Shown: positions 19,553 through 29,541, counted from the first letter of the stretch. The stretch is 64,000 bases of DNA from an uncultured delta proteobacterium (GCA_963743305.1 CAVUPH010000018.1:32001-96000), one strand, 5' to 3'. The notes: generated from the letters alone by a model not told the origin. Made by a program: numbers and translations.

Positions 19553-21741
19553 GACTTTTCCTTTCTGATGAGGCTAAAAAAGAAATAGCGCTTTCATCTG
19601 GTAAATTCTCTTTATCCCCAAAGGCCATTATCGGGGGTCTGGTGTTCCTTCTGAATCCTTGCGCAATCCGTTCCATCAGGACCACAATCGACCGGGGCTG
19701 CACCGGGTAGGTCGATCCGGAAACAGCCGGGGCGTAGGCCCAAGTGCCGATGTCTTCGGGCGGGTCCAGCGCGGTGTCGATCCAGCGGTGCCAGGCCTTG
19801 CCCTGCAGGTTTTGAACGGGCGGCAGTTCAAAGGTCAGGGGCTCCCAGTAGGCGTTCAACATCATGTGAGTCAAGAGCCGTCCCTGGCGGCTCCAGGCGC
19901 TGAAGGCCAGACTATGAGAATCCGGACCCCAATCAGGCTGGCTGAGCTTGACCCCGTGCCACTGAATCCGGGCCTGTCTGAGGATCTGGCTCAGGGTCAA
20001 CTCCTGGCTGGGGGTGAAGGTGTCCGTGCGCAGGCGGGCCGCGATCAGGCTCTTGACGAAACGGTGCACGTCGGCATGTTCAGCCAGGAGGTCCCAATCA
20101 AACCAACTGATTTCGTTGTCCTGGCAGTAGGCGTTGTTGTTTCCCCCCTGGGTCCGGCGGACCTCGTCGCCCATCAGCAGCATGGGTGCCCCCAGGGACA
20201 GAAGGGTAACGGTCAGAAAGTTCTTTACCTGGCGGTTGCGGATCCTTTCGATTTCCGGGTCGTCCGCTGGGGCCTTCCACCCCGCAGTTCCAACTCAGGT
20301 TGTCGTCGGTGCCGTCGCGGTTCTCTTCGCCGTTGTCCTCGTTGTGTTTGGTGTTGTAGGAGACCAGGTCGTTCAGGGTAAAGCCGTCGTGGCAGGTAAT
20401 GAAATTGATGCTTTGTTCCGGTTCGCGTTCCTGCCCGCCGTAAAGGTCCGGGCTGCCCAGCAGCCGGGAGGCCACCCCGGAAACGGCTGCCGCGGTCGCC
20501 TTTGATAAAGCTCCGCACATCATCCCGGAATTTGCCGTTCCATTCCTTCCAGCTTTCCCCGACAAAGCTGCCCACCTGGTAAAGCCCGGCCGCATCCCAG
20601 GCTTCGGCAATCAGCTTGGTTCCGGCCAGGACCGGGTCGGAATCGATATCCCAGAGGACCGGGGGATTGGCCAGGGGTTGGCCGGTCTTCATCCCGGGAA
20701 AGGATGGCGGCCAGGTCAAAACGGAAGCCGTCCACGTGCATCTCCTTGACCCAGTGGTGCAGACTATCGATGATCATCCGCCGGACGATGGAGTTGCCGG
20801 AATTGAGGGTATTGCCGCACCCGGAATAGTTGGCGTACCGTCCGGTGGCGGCCTCCAGGATGTAGTAGGCCCGGTTTTCAAAACCCCGATAGCAGAGGGT
20901 CGGACCGTCTTCGTGCCCTTCGGTGGTGTGGTTAAAGACCACGTCCAGGATGACCTCGATCCCGGCTCGGTGCAGGGCCTTGACCATATCCCGGAATTCA
21001 TCCAACGGACCGAGGGGGCCTCGGCGGGAGCAGTAACCCCCGTGAGGGGCGAAGAAGCTGACCGGACTGTAGCCCCAGTAATTCTTGAAGCCGGGAGGCG
21101 CGTCCTGTTCATCAAATTCGAAAGACCGGGAGGAGCTCCACGGCGGTGATTCCCAAATCCTGCAGGTAGGGGATTTTTTCGATCAACCCGGCGTAGGTCC
21201 CCCGCTTGTCCACCGCTACACCGGAACTGGGATGACGGGTGAATCCCCGGACGTGCAGTTCATAGATAATGGTATTGGAAAACGGACGCCGGAGTGGGGC
21301 GTCCCCCTCCCAATCGTAAAGGCTCAAATCCGCCACCACGCTTTTCATGGCCGTGGCCGTGTTGTCTCCCGGAAGGCCGGCGGCCAGCCGGCTGTAATGA
21401 GGCGGCGTCACCAAGGCCTTGCCGTAGGGATCCAGCAGAATTTTTTGGCCGTCAAAACGCAGCCCCTTTTCCGGTGCATAGGGGCCGGAGACATGGAAGC
21501 CGTAGATTTGTCCGCAACGCAGGCCGGGGACGAAGACATGCCAGTAAAAATAGGTCCGGTTTTTGTTTGGTTCCAGGAGAATGACCCGGGCCGGTCGGGC
21601 GTCATCGGCCCGGTCGAACAGGAGCAGTTCCACTCCGGAGGCGTTTTTGGAATAGACGCTGAAATTGACGCCTTCCGGGTTGCCAGTGGCTCCGAGGGGG
21701 AAAGCGCTTCCCGGGGGATAGTGATCGCTAGGAGAGTTCAT
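19521..21741 (-). pseudogene. glgX: Glycogen debranching enzyme/isoamylase with several frameshifts
   Basis: [63 protein letters not shown] spread over several frames. Confidence 0.9.
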
Positions 21742-21926
21742 CGGTCCGTTGCCTCCGGTTGGAAGGAAAACCTGCTCAGGCGTGTGAAAAATTGAATTTT
21801 TGTTCCCTAATCCGTGGGGCCAAACCGCCTGAGGATCTGGCTACTCACCCCAAAAGGGTGAAAGGCTTCAATAATACCAGAAATCATATTTCATCTCAAA
21901 GACTAAATGGAGATGAAATTAGTCTC

Positions 21927-21955
21927 TTGACAAGACTTAATAGGGTCTTTATAAA
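21927..21955 (+). promoter_or_regulatory. Sigma70-type promoter of TA pair
   Basis: TTGACA-17 nt-TATAAA six bases before ATG 21962 (leaderless); AGAC/GTCT inverted repeats overlap it. Confidence 0.65.
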
Positions 21956-21961
21956 GTCTAT

Positions 21962-22242
21962 ATGAAGACTCTAACGATCACTGACGCCAAAAAAAATCTC
22001 AGCCGGTGGTTGGTCGCCGCCTCCAGCGGCGAAGACATCGGGATTATCTGCGGGGCGGACGATCATCGCCCTGCGCAAAGTCACGGTGGAATCCACGGAC
22101 TACGCACAGCGCGAATACGGTGCGACGCCCGAACAGGTCGCCGCCTTGGAAAAGGCCACGGGACAGACGCTACCGTAAGCTCAAGCTGCTCCGGAGAATC
22201 TGGTCCGTCACGACCGAACAGTTGGGGAAGTTGATTGGCTAA
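21962..22242 (+). CDS. Phd/YefM-like antitoxin, frameshifted
   Basis: MKTLTITDAKKNLS..GEDIGI N-terminus; continues across frameshifts. Confidence 0.6.
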
Positions 22243-22525
22243 ATCGCTCACCCTCGACCCTACCGTGATACGGCGGCTACGGGAGTCTGCAAGACCGAAA
22301 AGGGTGAGTGCCTGCGGGCGTTATCTGAGCTAACCGAAACTTTCGGTCAACCCCATATTCACAGCGGGTTGGCCATTCGTAAATTAGGGAGCAAGCTCTT
22401 TGAATGTCGTGGTAGCTTGGCGTTGCGTTTTATCTTCCAAGACCGGCCCACCGGTCTTTTCGTCTCCTTTTTGGGCAACCACGACGAAATCACAAGCTTT
22501 GCTTAAAAGTGGTAAGTATCGTTGA
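22235..22525 (+). CDS. RelE/ParE-like toxin, frameshifted
   Basis: Manual translation: FGQPHIHSGLAIRKLGSKLFECRGSLALRFIF..LGNHDEI; overlaps antitoxin stop. Confidence 0.55.
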
Positions 22526-22668
22526 ATCTAAATGGTTGATTATCCCCGATTGCCATTATCGGTGACCCAATATTCCCTCTCTGTGCGTCCTGGTAATAAT
22601 CCAACAGAAAAACCTCTGGCTTTGCCGGGGGGCATTCAACTTTTCCCTGAAAATTAAGGTTGGAGGGG

Positions 22669-23715
22669 CTAAGGTTCCAAAAAACATTGCGGGTCTTCCC
22701 CGGTCAGATGGGGACGGCCCCCGGCCCGGGAAAAGGCATAGGCCATGGCCCGGCATCCCCGGCAGGCCGCCCACCGGCGGCAACGGCCGCATTTTCCCTC
22801 GTAACTGTTTCTATCCCTTAGCCGCTCCAGGACCGGGGAGCCGCTCCAAAGTTCACGCAGGGAGTCCCGGCGCACATTTCCGATGGGGACCGGCAACCGG
22901 CGGCAGGGAGTGACCGTGCCGTCGGCCATCAAGGTCAAGCCGGATACCCCGGCCGCGCACCCGCCTTGGGGGAACCCTCCCAGGTCGTTCGGATCAGCGC
23001 CCGACCCCATCTGCCGGTAAAGGGGATCGCCGCTGACCAGTTCCAATCCGTCGGGAGAGAGGGAATGGATTTCCTGATAAAGGTCCCGGACTTGATCCGG
23101 TTTTAACAGCTTGGAAGAGAGCAGGGCACCTTGACCGGCGGGGATCAATCGGGAGAACCCCAGCCGCTGGACTTTTAAGGCCTGGGCCAGGGGAATCATT
23201 TTTAAAAATTGGTCCCGGTTGAGATCGGATAAAGTCGTATTGATGGTCACCGGGATCCCGGCTTCCACTAAGGTTCCGATCCCTTTCAGCGCTTCGGCAA
23301 AACTGCCTTTCCCCCTGAGGGCCTCATGGGTTTCCTCCAGACCTTCCAGACTGATCTGGACTCCCCGAACCGCCAGGCGGCTCAGTCGGCCTGCCCTATC
23401 CCGATCCAGGAGGGTCCCGTTGGTCAGGAGATAAAGGTCAAAACCCCTCCGACTCATTTCTTCGAGAATTAGAAAAAGATCGGAGCGCAGGAATGGCTCT
23501 CCTCCGGTAACATTGATACTGGTCTGGAAGGTCAGGCCATAGATATTTGACCAGTCTGCCAGCATCAGGGTTATCTCGTTCAGGGTTTCTTTGATTTCAG
23601 AGAAAGTTAATTCCTCAAAATGCCCTTTCTCCTGGTAACAGTGGAGACAATGAAGATTGCATTTTTCGGTCAGATGCCATTGAAAAAAGAAATCCAAGGG
23701 ATGGTCGGTTTGCAT
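22669..23715 (-). CDS. Radical SAM/SPASM protein, candidate peptide maturase
   Basis: CNLHCLHC, TGGEPF, LTNGT; SPASM Cys set GCAAG..TPC..CGRC..CRGC..DPQC. Confidence 0.9.
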   Translation of the reverse strand: MQTDHPLDFFFQWHLTEKCNLHCLHCYQEKGHFEELTFSEIKETLNEITLMLADWSNIYGLTFQTSINVTGGEPFLRSDLFLILEEMSRRGFDLYLLTNGTLLDRDRAGRLSRLAVRGVQISLEGLEETHEALRGKGSFAEALKGIGTLVEAGIPVTINTTLSDLNRDQFLKMIPLAQALKVQRLGFSRLIPAGQGALLSSKLLKPDQVRDLYQEIHSLSPDGLELVSGDPLYRQMGSGADPNDLGGFPQGGCAAGVSGLTLMADGTVTPCRRLPVPIGNVRRDSLRELWSGSPVLERLRDRNSYEGKCGRCRRWAACRGCRAMAYAFSRAGGRPHLTGEDPQCFLEP

Positions 23716-23734
23716 TGTTCAGGCCCGTTATCCA

Positions 23735-23890
23735 TTTTCGCATTAAGCCCAAGGTCCGGGGGCGGGTACCCCAAAGCATGAAAATAATGGAGCAGACATA
23801 AACCTACTTGATTGACGTTAGTAATTAATAATCAATTGTTAATTATTAATTGTTAATGAGTACCTATGTGGAGCCGAGTTTATTTACACA
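23735..23890. repeat. Dispersed AT-rich element, family D
   Basis: ATTTTCG(T/C)A(C/T)TAA..GCATGAAAAT modules recurring at about 6685, 31575-31712, 33700, 39368-39440 and 44680-44760. Confidence 0.65.
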
Positions 23891-23901
23891 CCAAGGAGAA
23901 A

Positions 23902-23955
23902 GGCGGATAGGGAGCAGGTTAGCGATGCTTTTTCCCCGCCTCCTCCCTATCCGCC
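23902..23955 (-). terminator. Strong stem-loop between peptide ORF and radical SAM gene
   Basis: 13-bp stem GGCGGATAGGGAG/CTCCCTATCCGCC followed by TTTCT on the minus strand. Confidence 0.65.
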
Positions 23956-23964
23956 CGTTGATTC

Positions 23965-23983
23965 CATTGCTGAACCAGCAATG
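23965..23983 (-). promoter_or_regulatory. Candidate bacterial SECIS hairpin
   Basis: CATTGCTG-GTT-CAGCAATG; G-initiated loop 27 and 18 nt after the two in-frame UGAs. Confidence 0.55.
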
Positions 23984-23984
23984 T

Positions 23985-24107
23985 TTACGATTTTCACCCT
24001 TTTCACTTGTGGCATACTGTTTTGGGACCTTCCTTCGCCGCTGCCTTCATTTTGGCCCAAAAAGCTGCCTCTTTAACCAACCCCTCCGGGTTCATCTTTT
24101 TTTTCAT
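23985..24107 (-). CDS. Putative selenocysteine-containing RiPP precursor, 40 aa (34 aa if the first UGA is a stop)
   Basis: RBS AAAGGAGGTG; MKKKMNPEGLVKEAAFWAKMKAAAKEGPKTVCHK-TGA-KG-TGA-KS-TAA. Confidence 0.65.
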
Positions 24108-24189
24108 CCCTTTTCACCTCCTTTCTTCGGTCAAATCGCCGGTATCGACTTTCGTCTTTATCCGGCATCCGTCCTTCAACCCGCGACCC

Positions 24190-25833
24190 TCAACTTTGCT
24201 CCCCCTTCTCACGGTCCAAATCCATTTGCCGCAGATCCTTGCGCATGATTTTGCCGGTGGCCGTCAGGGGCAGTTCGGCCAGGAATTCGATTTCCCGGGG
24301 GTATTCATGGGCGGCCAGTCGGGTTTTAATAAACTGCTGGATTTCTTCTTTCAGGGCATGCTCGGGAAGTATTCCGGATTTAAGAACGATAAAGGCCTTG
24401 ACGATTTCCCCCCGTACCGCGTCTGGGCTGCCGATGACCCCGGCCAGGGCCACAGCCGGGTGTTTGATCAGGCAATCTTCGATCTCGGCCGGCCCTATCC
24501 GGTACCCGGCGCTGCTGATCAGGTCGTCCTTGCGCCCCACGAACCAGAAATAGCCCTCCTCGTCCTTGCGGGCCAGGTCGCCGGTCAGACTCCAGTCGCC
24601 GATGAACTTGTCTTCCGTGGCCTGGGGGTTGCCCCAGTAGCCCAGAAACATGACCGGGTCGGGCCGCTGGATGGCCACCTCTCCTATTTCTCCCGAGGGC
24701 AGGACCTGTCCTTCTCCATCCACGATCTCCACCCGGTGACCGGGGATGGCCCGACCCATAGAGCCCCGCCGGTTTTCCATGATCTCGGAACAATTGCCCA
24801 CGACCAGGTTTACTTCCGTCTGCCCGTAGAATTCATTGATCGTCAGCCCCATGACCTTGCGGCCCCACTCCAGGAGTTCTTCGCCCAGTGTCTCCCCGCC
24901 GCAGCCGATGGTCCGCATGGCAAAATCGTAACGGTTCCCCGGGTCCGGGACCTGGCGCATGATCTTCAAGGCCGTGGGCGGCATGAAGGCGTTGCGGATA
25001 CCGTATTTGGCGATAAAATGAAAGGCCTGCTCGGGGTCAAACTTTTTTGCCCGAAAGGCGACCACCGGGACCCCGTGGTGCCAGCTCGGCAGCAGGACGT
25101 CGATCAAACCGCCGATCCAGGCCCAGTCGGCCGGTGTCCAATACAGGTCATCTTTTTTGGGAAAAAAATTATGGAAGAACTCCACTCCGGGGACATGGCC
25201 CAGGACTACCCGCTGGGCATGGAGTGCCCCCTTGGGCGGTCCGGTGGTGCCGGAGGTATAGATAATCAAGGCCGGATCGTCGGCCCTGGTCCGCAGCGGG
25301 GTAAAGGAAGGGGATCCCTTTTCCAGGATTTTCCAGAAATCGACCACTCCATCGGGGGGTTCTCCCCGGGTGACGATGAGCGTCTTCAACTCCGGCAAGC
25401 GGTCCTTTATTTCCAGGATCTTGGGGAGATTGTCTTCGTCGGTGATCACCGCCCGGGCGCCGCTGTGACCCAAACGGTATTCCAGGGCCTCGGGTCCGAA
25501 GAGGGTGAAAAGAGGGAGAGCGATCCCCCCGGTTTTATAGATGGCCAGATGGGAGAGGGCCGTCTCCGGGCATTGCGGCAGGAGGATCCCCACCCGTTCC
25601 CCCCGATGCAGGCCGCAGGCCTGCAAGGCGTTGGCCAGGCGGTTGGAGCGCTGTTTGAGGTCCCAAAAGGTATATTTTTCGACCTGCCCCTTATCGTCTT
25701 CGTAGATCAGGGCCAGGCGGTAGCGCTGATCAGCCCACTTGTCGCAGCAATCCACCCCGATATTGTAGAATAGGGGGACTTTCCAGTGGAAGGAGTTATA
25801 GACCTTTTCGTAGGTGTTCCCTTTTTTGAGCAT
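24190..25833 (-). CDS. AMP-forming acyl-CoA synthetase
   Basis: YTSGTTGPPKG, EFYGQTE, TGD, GRKDD, TATGKI. Confidence 0.93.
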   Translation of the reverse strand: MLKKGNTYEKVYNSFHWKVPLFYNIGVDCCDKWADQRYRLALIYEDDKGQVEKYTFWDLKQRSNRLANALQACGLHRGERVGILLPQCPETALSHLAIYKTGGIALPLFTLFGPEALEYRLGHSGARAVITDEDNLPKILEIKDRLPELKTLIVTRGEPPDGVVDFWKILEKGSPSFTPLRTRADDPALIIYTSGTTGPPKGALHAQRVVLGHVPGVEFFHNFFPKKDDLYWTPADWAWIGGLIDVLLPSWHHGVPVVAFRAKKFDPEQAFHFIAKYGIRNAFMPPTALKIMRQVPDPGNRYDFAMRTIGCGGETLGEELLEWGRKVMGLTINEFYGQTEVNLVVGNCSEIMENRRGSMGRAIPGHRVEIVDGEGQVLPSGEIGEVAIQRPDPVMFLGYWGNPQATEDKFIGDWSLTGDLARKDEEGYFWFVGRKDDLISSAGYRIGPAEIEDCLIKHPAVALAGVIGSPDAVRGEIVKAFIVLKSGILPEHALKEEIQQFIKTRLAAHEYPREIEFLAELPLTATGKIMRKDLRQMDLDREKGEQS

Positions 25834-25876
25834 GAAGAGATCCTTCTCAGAAGCGCTGCGGGAATGACGCGCTCAT

Positions 25877-26407
25877 TCATTTTACCAGGTCCGCCTCCAC
25901 CTCCAGGTTAAGGAAGACGTCATTCCCGGCCACCAGGCCGCCGTTTTCCAGGCGGACATTCCACTTTATCCCGAAATCCTGGCGCTTGATCCGGGCAGAG
26001 GCCGAAAAACCTAGGCTGATATCCTCATCAAATGGGCTTTTGACCTGGCCGAGGTATTCCGCATCCATGGTGATCGATCGAGTGACGTCCCGAATGGTTA
26101 GATCGCCGGTCACAATAAAGCCGTTGACGGCGACCGGTTCGATCCGGGTACTTCTAAAGCGAATGAACGGGTATTTATCCACTTCCAAAAAATCAGGGCT
26201 GCACAAGTGCTCGTCCCGCTTCGGGATACCGGTATAGATGGAGGCGGCCTCGATCTCGACTTCCACCGAACCCAGGTCGGGTTTGTCCGGATTGAATTGA
26301 AGGGACCCGGAAATCTTGTTGAACTGGCCGCGAACCAGGGTGATCATGAAGTGCCGGACGGTAAAAGTGGCCACGGTGTGATCAGGGTCAATTTTCCACT
26401 CAGACAT
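25877..26407 (-). CDS. YceI family protein
   Basis: WKIDPDHT, RDEHL.SPDF, GDLTIRDVT, RQDFGI. Confidence 0.9.
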   Translation of the reverse strand: MSEWKIDPDHTVATFTVRHFMITLVRGQFNKISGSLQFNPDKPDLGSVEVEIEAASIYTGIPKRDEHLCSPDFLEVDKYPFIRFRSTRIEPVAVNGFIVTGDLTIRDVTRSITMDAEYLGQVKSPFDEDISLGFSASARIKRQDFGIKWNVRLENGGLVAGNDVFLNLEVEADLVK

Positions 26408-26525
26408 AGAAACCTCCTTGAAATTCCATTTGCCAACAACTAGAGGAAAGTTTAACATAGTTTAAAAAAAGTTTCTAGTCCAGCGGCTCGACCCTGTTGT
26501 AAAAATATTGATACCATTGATATAG

Positions 26526-26873
26526 GTGGCTTTTATGGGACGCATGAGTTTTGGCCCCGGGAGGCGATCTTCCCGCAGTCCGGTAAAATCCCCGTCCTCG
26601 GAAAAAGACCCGGCGGCTTTTGTCCGGGATTTGAAGAAGTCTCTGCCGGTCCGGGAAAGCTATCGGGACCGCTCTCTGGCTATCCACGGATTGATCTGCG
26701 CCCGCTGCGGACGGGAATTCGAGCCGGCTCAGCGGCAATTGCTCACCGTCCATCACCGGGACGGGAACCATCAGAATAACCCGCCTGACGGCAGCAACTG
26801 GGAAAATCTATGTATCTATTGCCATGAGGATACCCACTCCCGGGAGTTGCTGGGGGAGTATTTAAAAGACTGA
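26526..26873 (+). CDS. YajD-like HNH nuclease
   Basis: CARCGREF, LTVHHRDGNHQNNPPDGSNWENLCIYCH. Confidence 0.88.
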   Translation: MAFMGRMSFGPGRRSSRSPVKSPSSEKDPAAFVRDLKKSLPVRESYRDRSLAIHGLICARCGREFEPAQRQLLTVHHRDGNHQNNPPDGSNWENLCIYCHEDTHSRELLGEYLKD

Positions 26874-28856
26874 ATGATTTCCATCGACCGTGTTTCCAAA
26901 TTCTATGGCCGGCAGGACCTGCTGAAAGAGGTTTCCTTTTCCATCAATCCCGGGGACAAAATGGCCCTGGTCGGGGCCAACGGCACGGGGAAAACCACGC
27001 TTTTCAGAATTCTCCTGGGCGAAATCGAGCCGGACAGCGGCCAGGTCCACCTGAAAAAAGGGGTTCGGTTGGGGCATCTTCCTCAGGAGGTGATCCGGGT
27101 AAAGGGAAAAAGGGTCCTGGACCAGGTGATGGAAATGGATCCGGAGCTAAAACGGTACCAAATTGAGTACCGGGAGGTCTCGCGACGGTTGATTGCCGCC
27201 TCTGATCCTGCCGACCAGGAGATTTTGGCCCATAAGCAAAGCCGTTTATTGGAGGAACTGGAACGTCTGGGGGGGTATGATCTGGAGGCCCGGGCCCAAC
27301 AAATCCTGTCCGGTTTGGGCTTCTCGGAGGAACAGTTTCAGGCCCCGGTGGAGACTTTAAGCGGAGGGTGGGTCATGCGGGCGGCCCTGGCCCGGATCCT
27401 GCTGTTGAAGCCCGAGCTGCTCCTTTTGGATGAGCCGACCAATCACCTGGACCTGGATTCGTTATTATGGTTGGAGAATTTTCTTAAAGGGACTTCATCG
27501 GCCCTGCTTTTGATTTCCCACGACCGGGTCTTTATGGATAAAGTGGTCCTGCGGGTCCTCGAGCTGGAAAAGGGGGGTCTGACCTCCTATGCCGGCAATT
27601 ACAGCCGGTACCGGGAAGAAAAAGCCAAGCGCCTCCAGCTTCAAGAGGCCGCCTATTATAATCAGGTAGAGAAGATTCGTCAGATTGAGGACTTTGTCGC
27701 CCGAAACCGGTCCCGAAAAGATCGGGCCAAGCAGGTGCAATCCCGGATTAGGGTTCTGGAGCAAATGGAACGCCTCGAACATCCTCGGGAGGAAAATCAG
27801 GTTTCCTTTCAATTCCAGGAGCCGGTACGGACCGGCAAGGTGGTTTTGGAACTCCAGGGAGTCGGGAAATCGTACGGTGAAAAAATACTCTATCAAGGAG
27901 TTGATCTGACGATCAGCCGGGGAGATTGTGTCGCTTTTCTAGGCCCCAACGGCGCCGGGAAGAGCACGCTGATCAAGATCATGGCCGGGATCGTCCCACC
28001 CGACCAAGGAAAACGGGAACTGGGGCATCATGTCACCCTGGACTATTTTGCCCAGCATCAACTGGACCAGTTGAGAGGCGAGCGAACGGTCTGGCAGGAG
28101 ATCGGCGATGTGGCCGGCGATCGGACCTACGGGGCCTTGCGAAATCAGTTGGCGGCCTTCCTATTCCGGGAGGAGGATGAAATCAAAAAAAAGGTCTCGG
28201 TCCTTTCCGGGGGGGAGAAAAGCCGTCTGGTGATACTCAAGATGCTCCTGGGCGGGGCCAACTTTCTGCTTTTTGACGAACCCACCAACCATCTGGACAT
28301 CCCTTCCCGCGACGTGTTGGAAGAGGCGCTGCGTGCCTTTAACGGGACTATTTGCCTGATTACCCACGACCGGCATCTGATCGATGCCCTGGCCAACCGG
28401 ACGGTGTATATTCGAGACGGGCGGCTGGAAATGTTCCCGGGAAATTACCGGGACTTTGAGCAGATCTGGAAAGGACGAGTGGAATCGAAGGAACCTTCCG
28501 AGGACCCAGATCCCAAAGACCTTTCCCGAGCGGCCGGTTCGAAAAACGGTGCCCCGGGCCGCAAAACGACCCAGGAGAAGCGGCAGGAGGCGGAGCGGCG
28601 CAACGCCCTGTTTAGACAAAAAGCGCCCCTTAAAAAGGAAATCGAAGAGCTGGAAGGGCGGTTAGCCGGGGCCGGCGCCGAGAAAGAAAGACTGGGGGAA
28701 ATCCTGGCCGATCCGGAATTCTACCGCCAGGGGACGGGGATTCAGGAAGCCCAGCAAGGGTATGGACGGCTTCAGAAGGAAATTGAGACCCTGACCGAGC
28801 GTTGGGCGAAAGCCCTCCAACGGTTGGAAGAACTGGAAGCCCAGGCGGTGGACTGA
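26874..28856 (+). CDS. ABC-F family ATPase
   Basis: Two ABC domains (GANGTGKT, LSGGW, DEPTNHLD; GPNGAGKS, LSGGEK), no TM segments, coiled-coil tail. Confidence 0.95.
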   Translation: MISIDRVSKFYGRQDLLKEVSFSINPGDKMALVGANGTGKTTLFRILLGEIEPDSGQVHLKKGVRLGHLPQEVIRVKGKRVLDQVMEMDPELKRYQIEYREVSRRLIAASDPADQEILAHKQSRLLEELERLGGYDLEARAQQILSGLGFSEEQFQAPVETLSGGWVMRAALARILLLKPELLLLDEPTNHLDLDSLLWLENFLKGTSSALLLISHDRVFMDKVVLRVLELEKGGLTSYAGNYSRYREEKAKRLQLQEAAYYNQVEKIRQIEDFVARNRSRKDRAKQVQSRIRVLEQMERLEHPREENQVSFQFQEPVRTGKVVLELQGVGKSYGEKILYQGVDLTISRGDCVAFLGPNGAGKSTLIKIMAGIVPPDQGKRELGHHVTLDYFAQHQLDQLRGERTVWQEIGDVAGDRTYGALRNQLAAFLFREEDEIKKKVSVLSGGEKSRLVILKMLLGGANFLLFDEPTNHLDIPSRDVLEEALRAFNGTICLITHDRHLIDALANRTVYIRDGRLEMFPGNYRDFEQIWKGRVESKEPSEDPDPKDLSRAAGSKNGAPGRKTTQEKRQEAERRNALFRQKAPLKKEIEELEGRLAGAGAEKERLGEILADPEFYRQGTGIQEAQQGYGRLQKEIETLTERWAKALQRLEELEAQAVD

Positions 28857-28899
28857 TCCGGGCAAGAAATTATCCCTACCACTTTGATGAACAAGTTAG

Positions 28900-29070
28900 T
28901 ATAAATCCGAAATTCGAAGCACGAATTCGACTCGGCTGAGCCTTTCGGTAAACTCAAGGCCCTGAGCTTGTCGAAGGGCTCGTCGCAGGCCGAAATAAGC
29001 ACAAAGGTCCAAAATCCAAATGATCAAAACAAAAACGTTTCGATTTTCGATTTTCGATTTTCGGATTTCC
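28900..29070. repeat. Palindromic plus short tandem (TTTCGAT) intergenic repeat
   Basis: CCTTTCGG..CCTGAGCTTGTCGAAGGG and repeated TTTCGAT. Confidence 0.55.
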
Positions 29071-29541
29071 AGCCGAAAATTAAAATATTTTTGGTTAGCC
29101 TTTTCTTTGATACTGCTGCTGCTTCCTGCGTCCACGGTCTGGGGCGTGGATTGGAAATTTTACAGCGCCAATGAATACTTTTTTTGCCTCTATGATCCCG
29201 ATCGGGTGCTCCGTCCGGAACCGGACGTGGTTCACGTCTGGGCCAACTGGATTGCCACCCCGGAAGGAAAAAAATACCGGACCCGGGAAATGGCTCAAAC
29301 GAAAATCCCTAAATCCGCGTTGGAACGCTACGAGTCCACCCGGGTCCGGATGGCCCTCCATTGCGCCGATCGCACCTATCAGCTCTTGTCGATCGCCGAT
29401 TACGATGATCAGCAGCGAGAGATCGGGAATGGATCGCAGGCTTGTTTTTTGGAGGAGTTCGTAACCCGCCAGCCGATTGGAAAGAACTCCAGCGAAGAAG
29501 ACTTGTACAAAATTCTTTGTTCGGGCCAAAAAGGCAAATAG
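29020..29541 (+). CDS. Exported hypothetical protein (adhesin-E-like); start uncertain
   Basis: Signal-like stretch then DWKFY..VHVW..LHC..YD..LC. Confidence 0.55.
   Translation: MIKTKTFRFSIFDFRISSRKLKYFWLAFSLILLLLPASTVWGVDWKFYSANEYFFCLYDPDRVLRPEPDVVHVWANWIATPEGKKYRTREMAQTKIPKSALERYESTRVRMALHCADRTYQLLSIADYDDQQREIGNGSQACFLEEFVTRQPIGKNSSEEDLYKILCSGQKGK

Noticed and set aside
19521-21741. Programmed frameshifting in glgX or ackA
   Set aside because: Too many breaks and no consistent slippery motif; error or decay is simpler
23850-24248. 132-aa plus-strand ORF over the peptide locus
   Set aside because: No RBS, starts within a repeat and is antisense to the RBS-supported peptide ORF
24007-25773. 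588-aa plus-strand ORF and similar long antisense ORFs (2660-3646, 16298-17233, 17415-18359, 32867-33811)
   Set aside because: Shadow frames of well-supported GC-rich genes on the opposite strand, with no recognisable motifs
24190-25833. Acyl-CoA synthetase as a lipidation enzyme of the putative selenopeptide
   Set aside because: Ordinary metabolic ligase; adjacency is the only evidence
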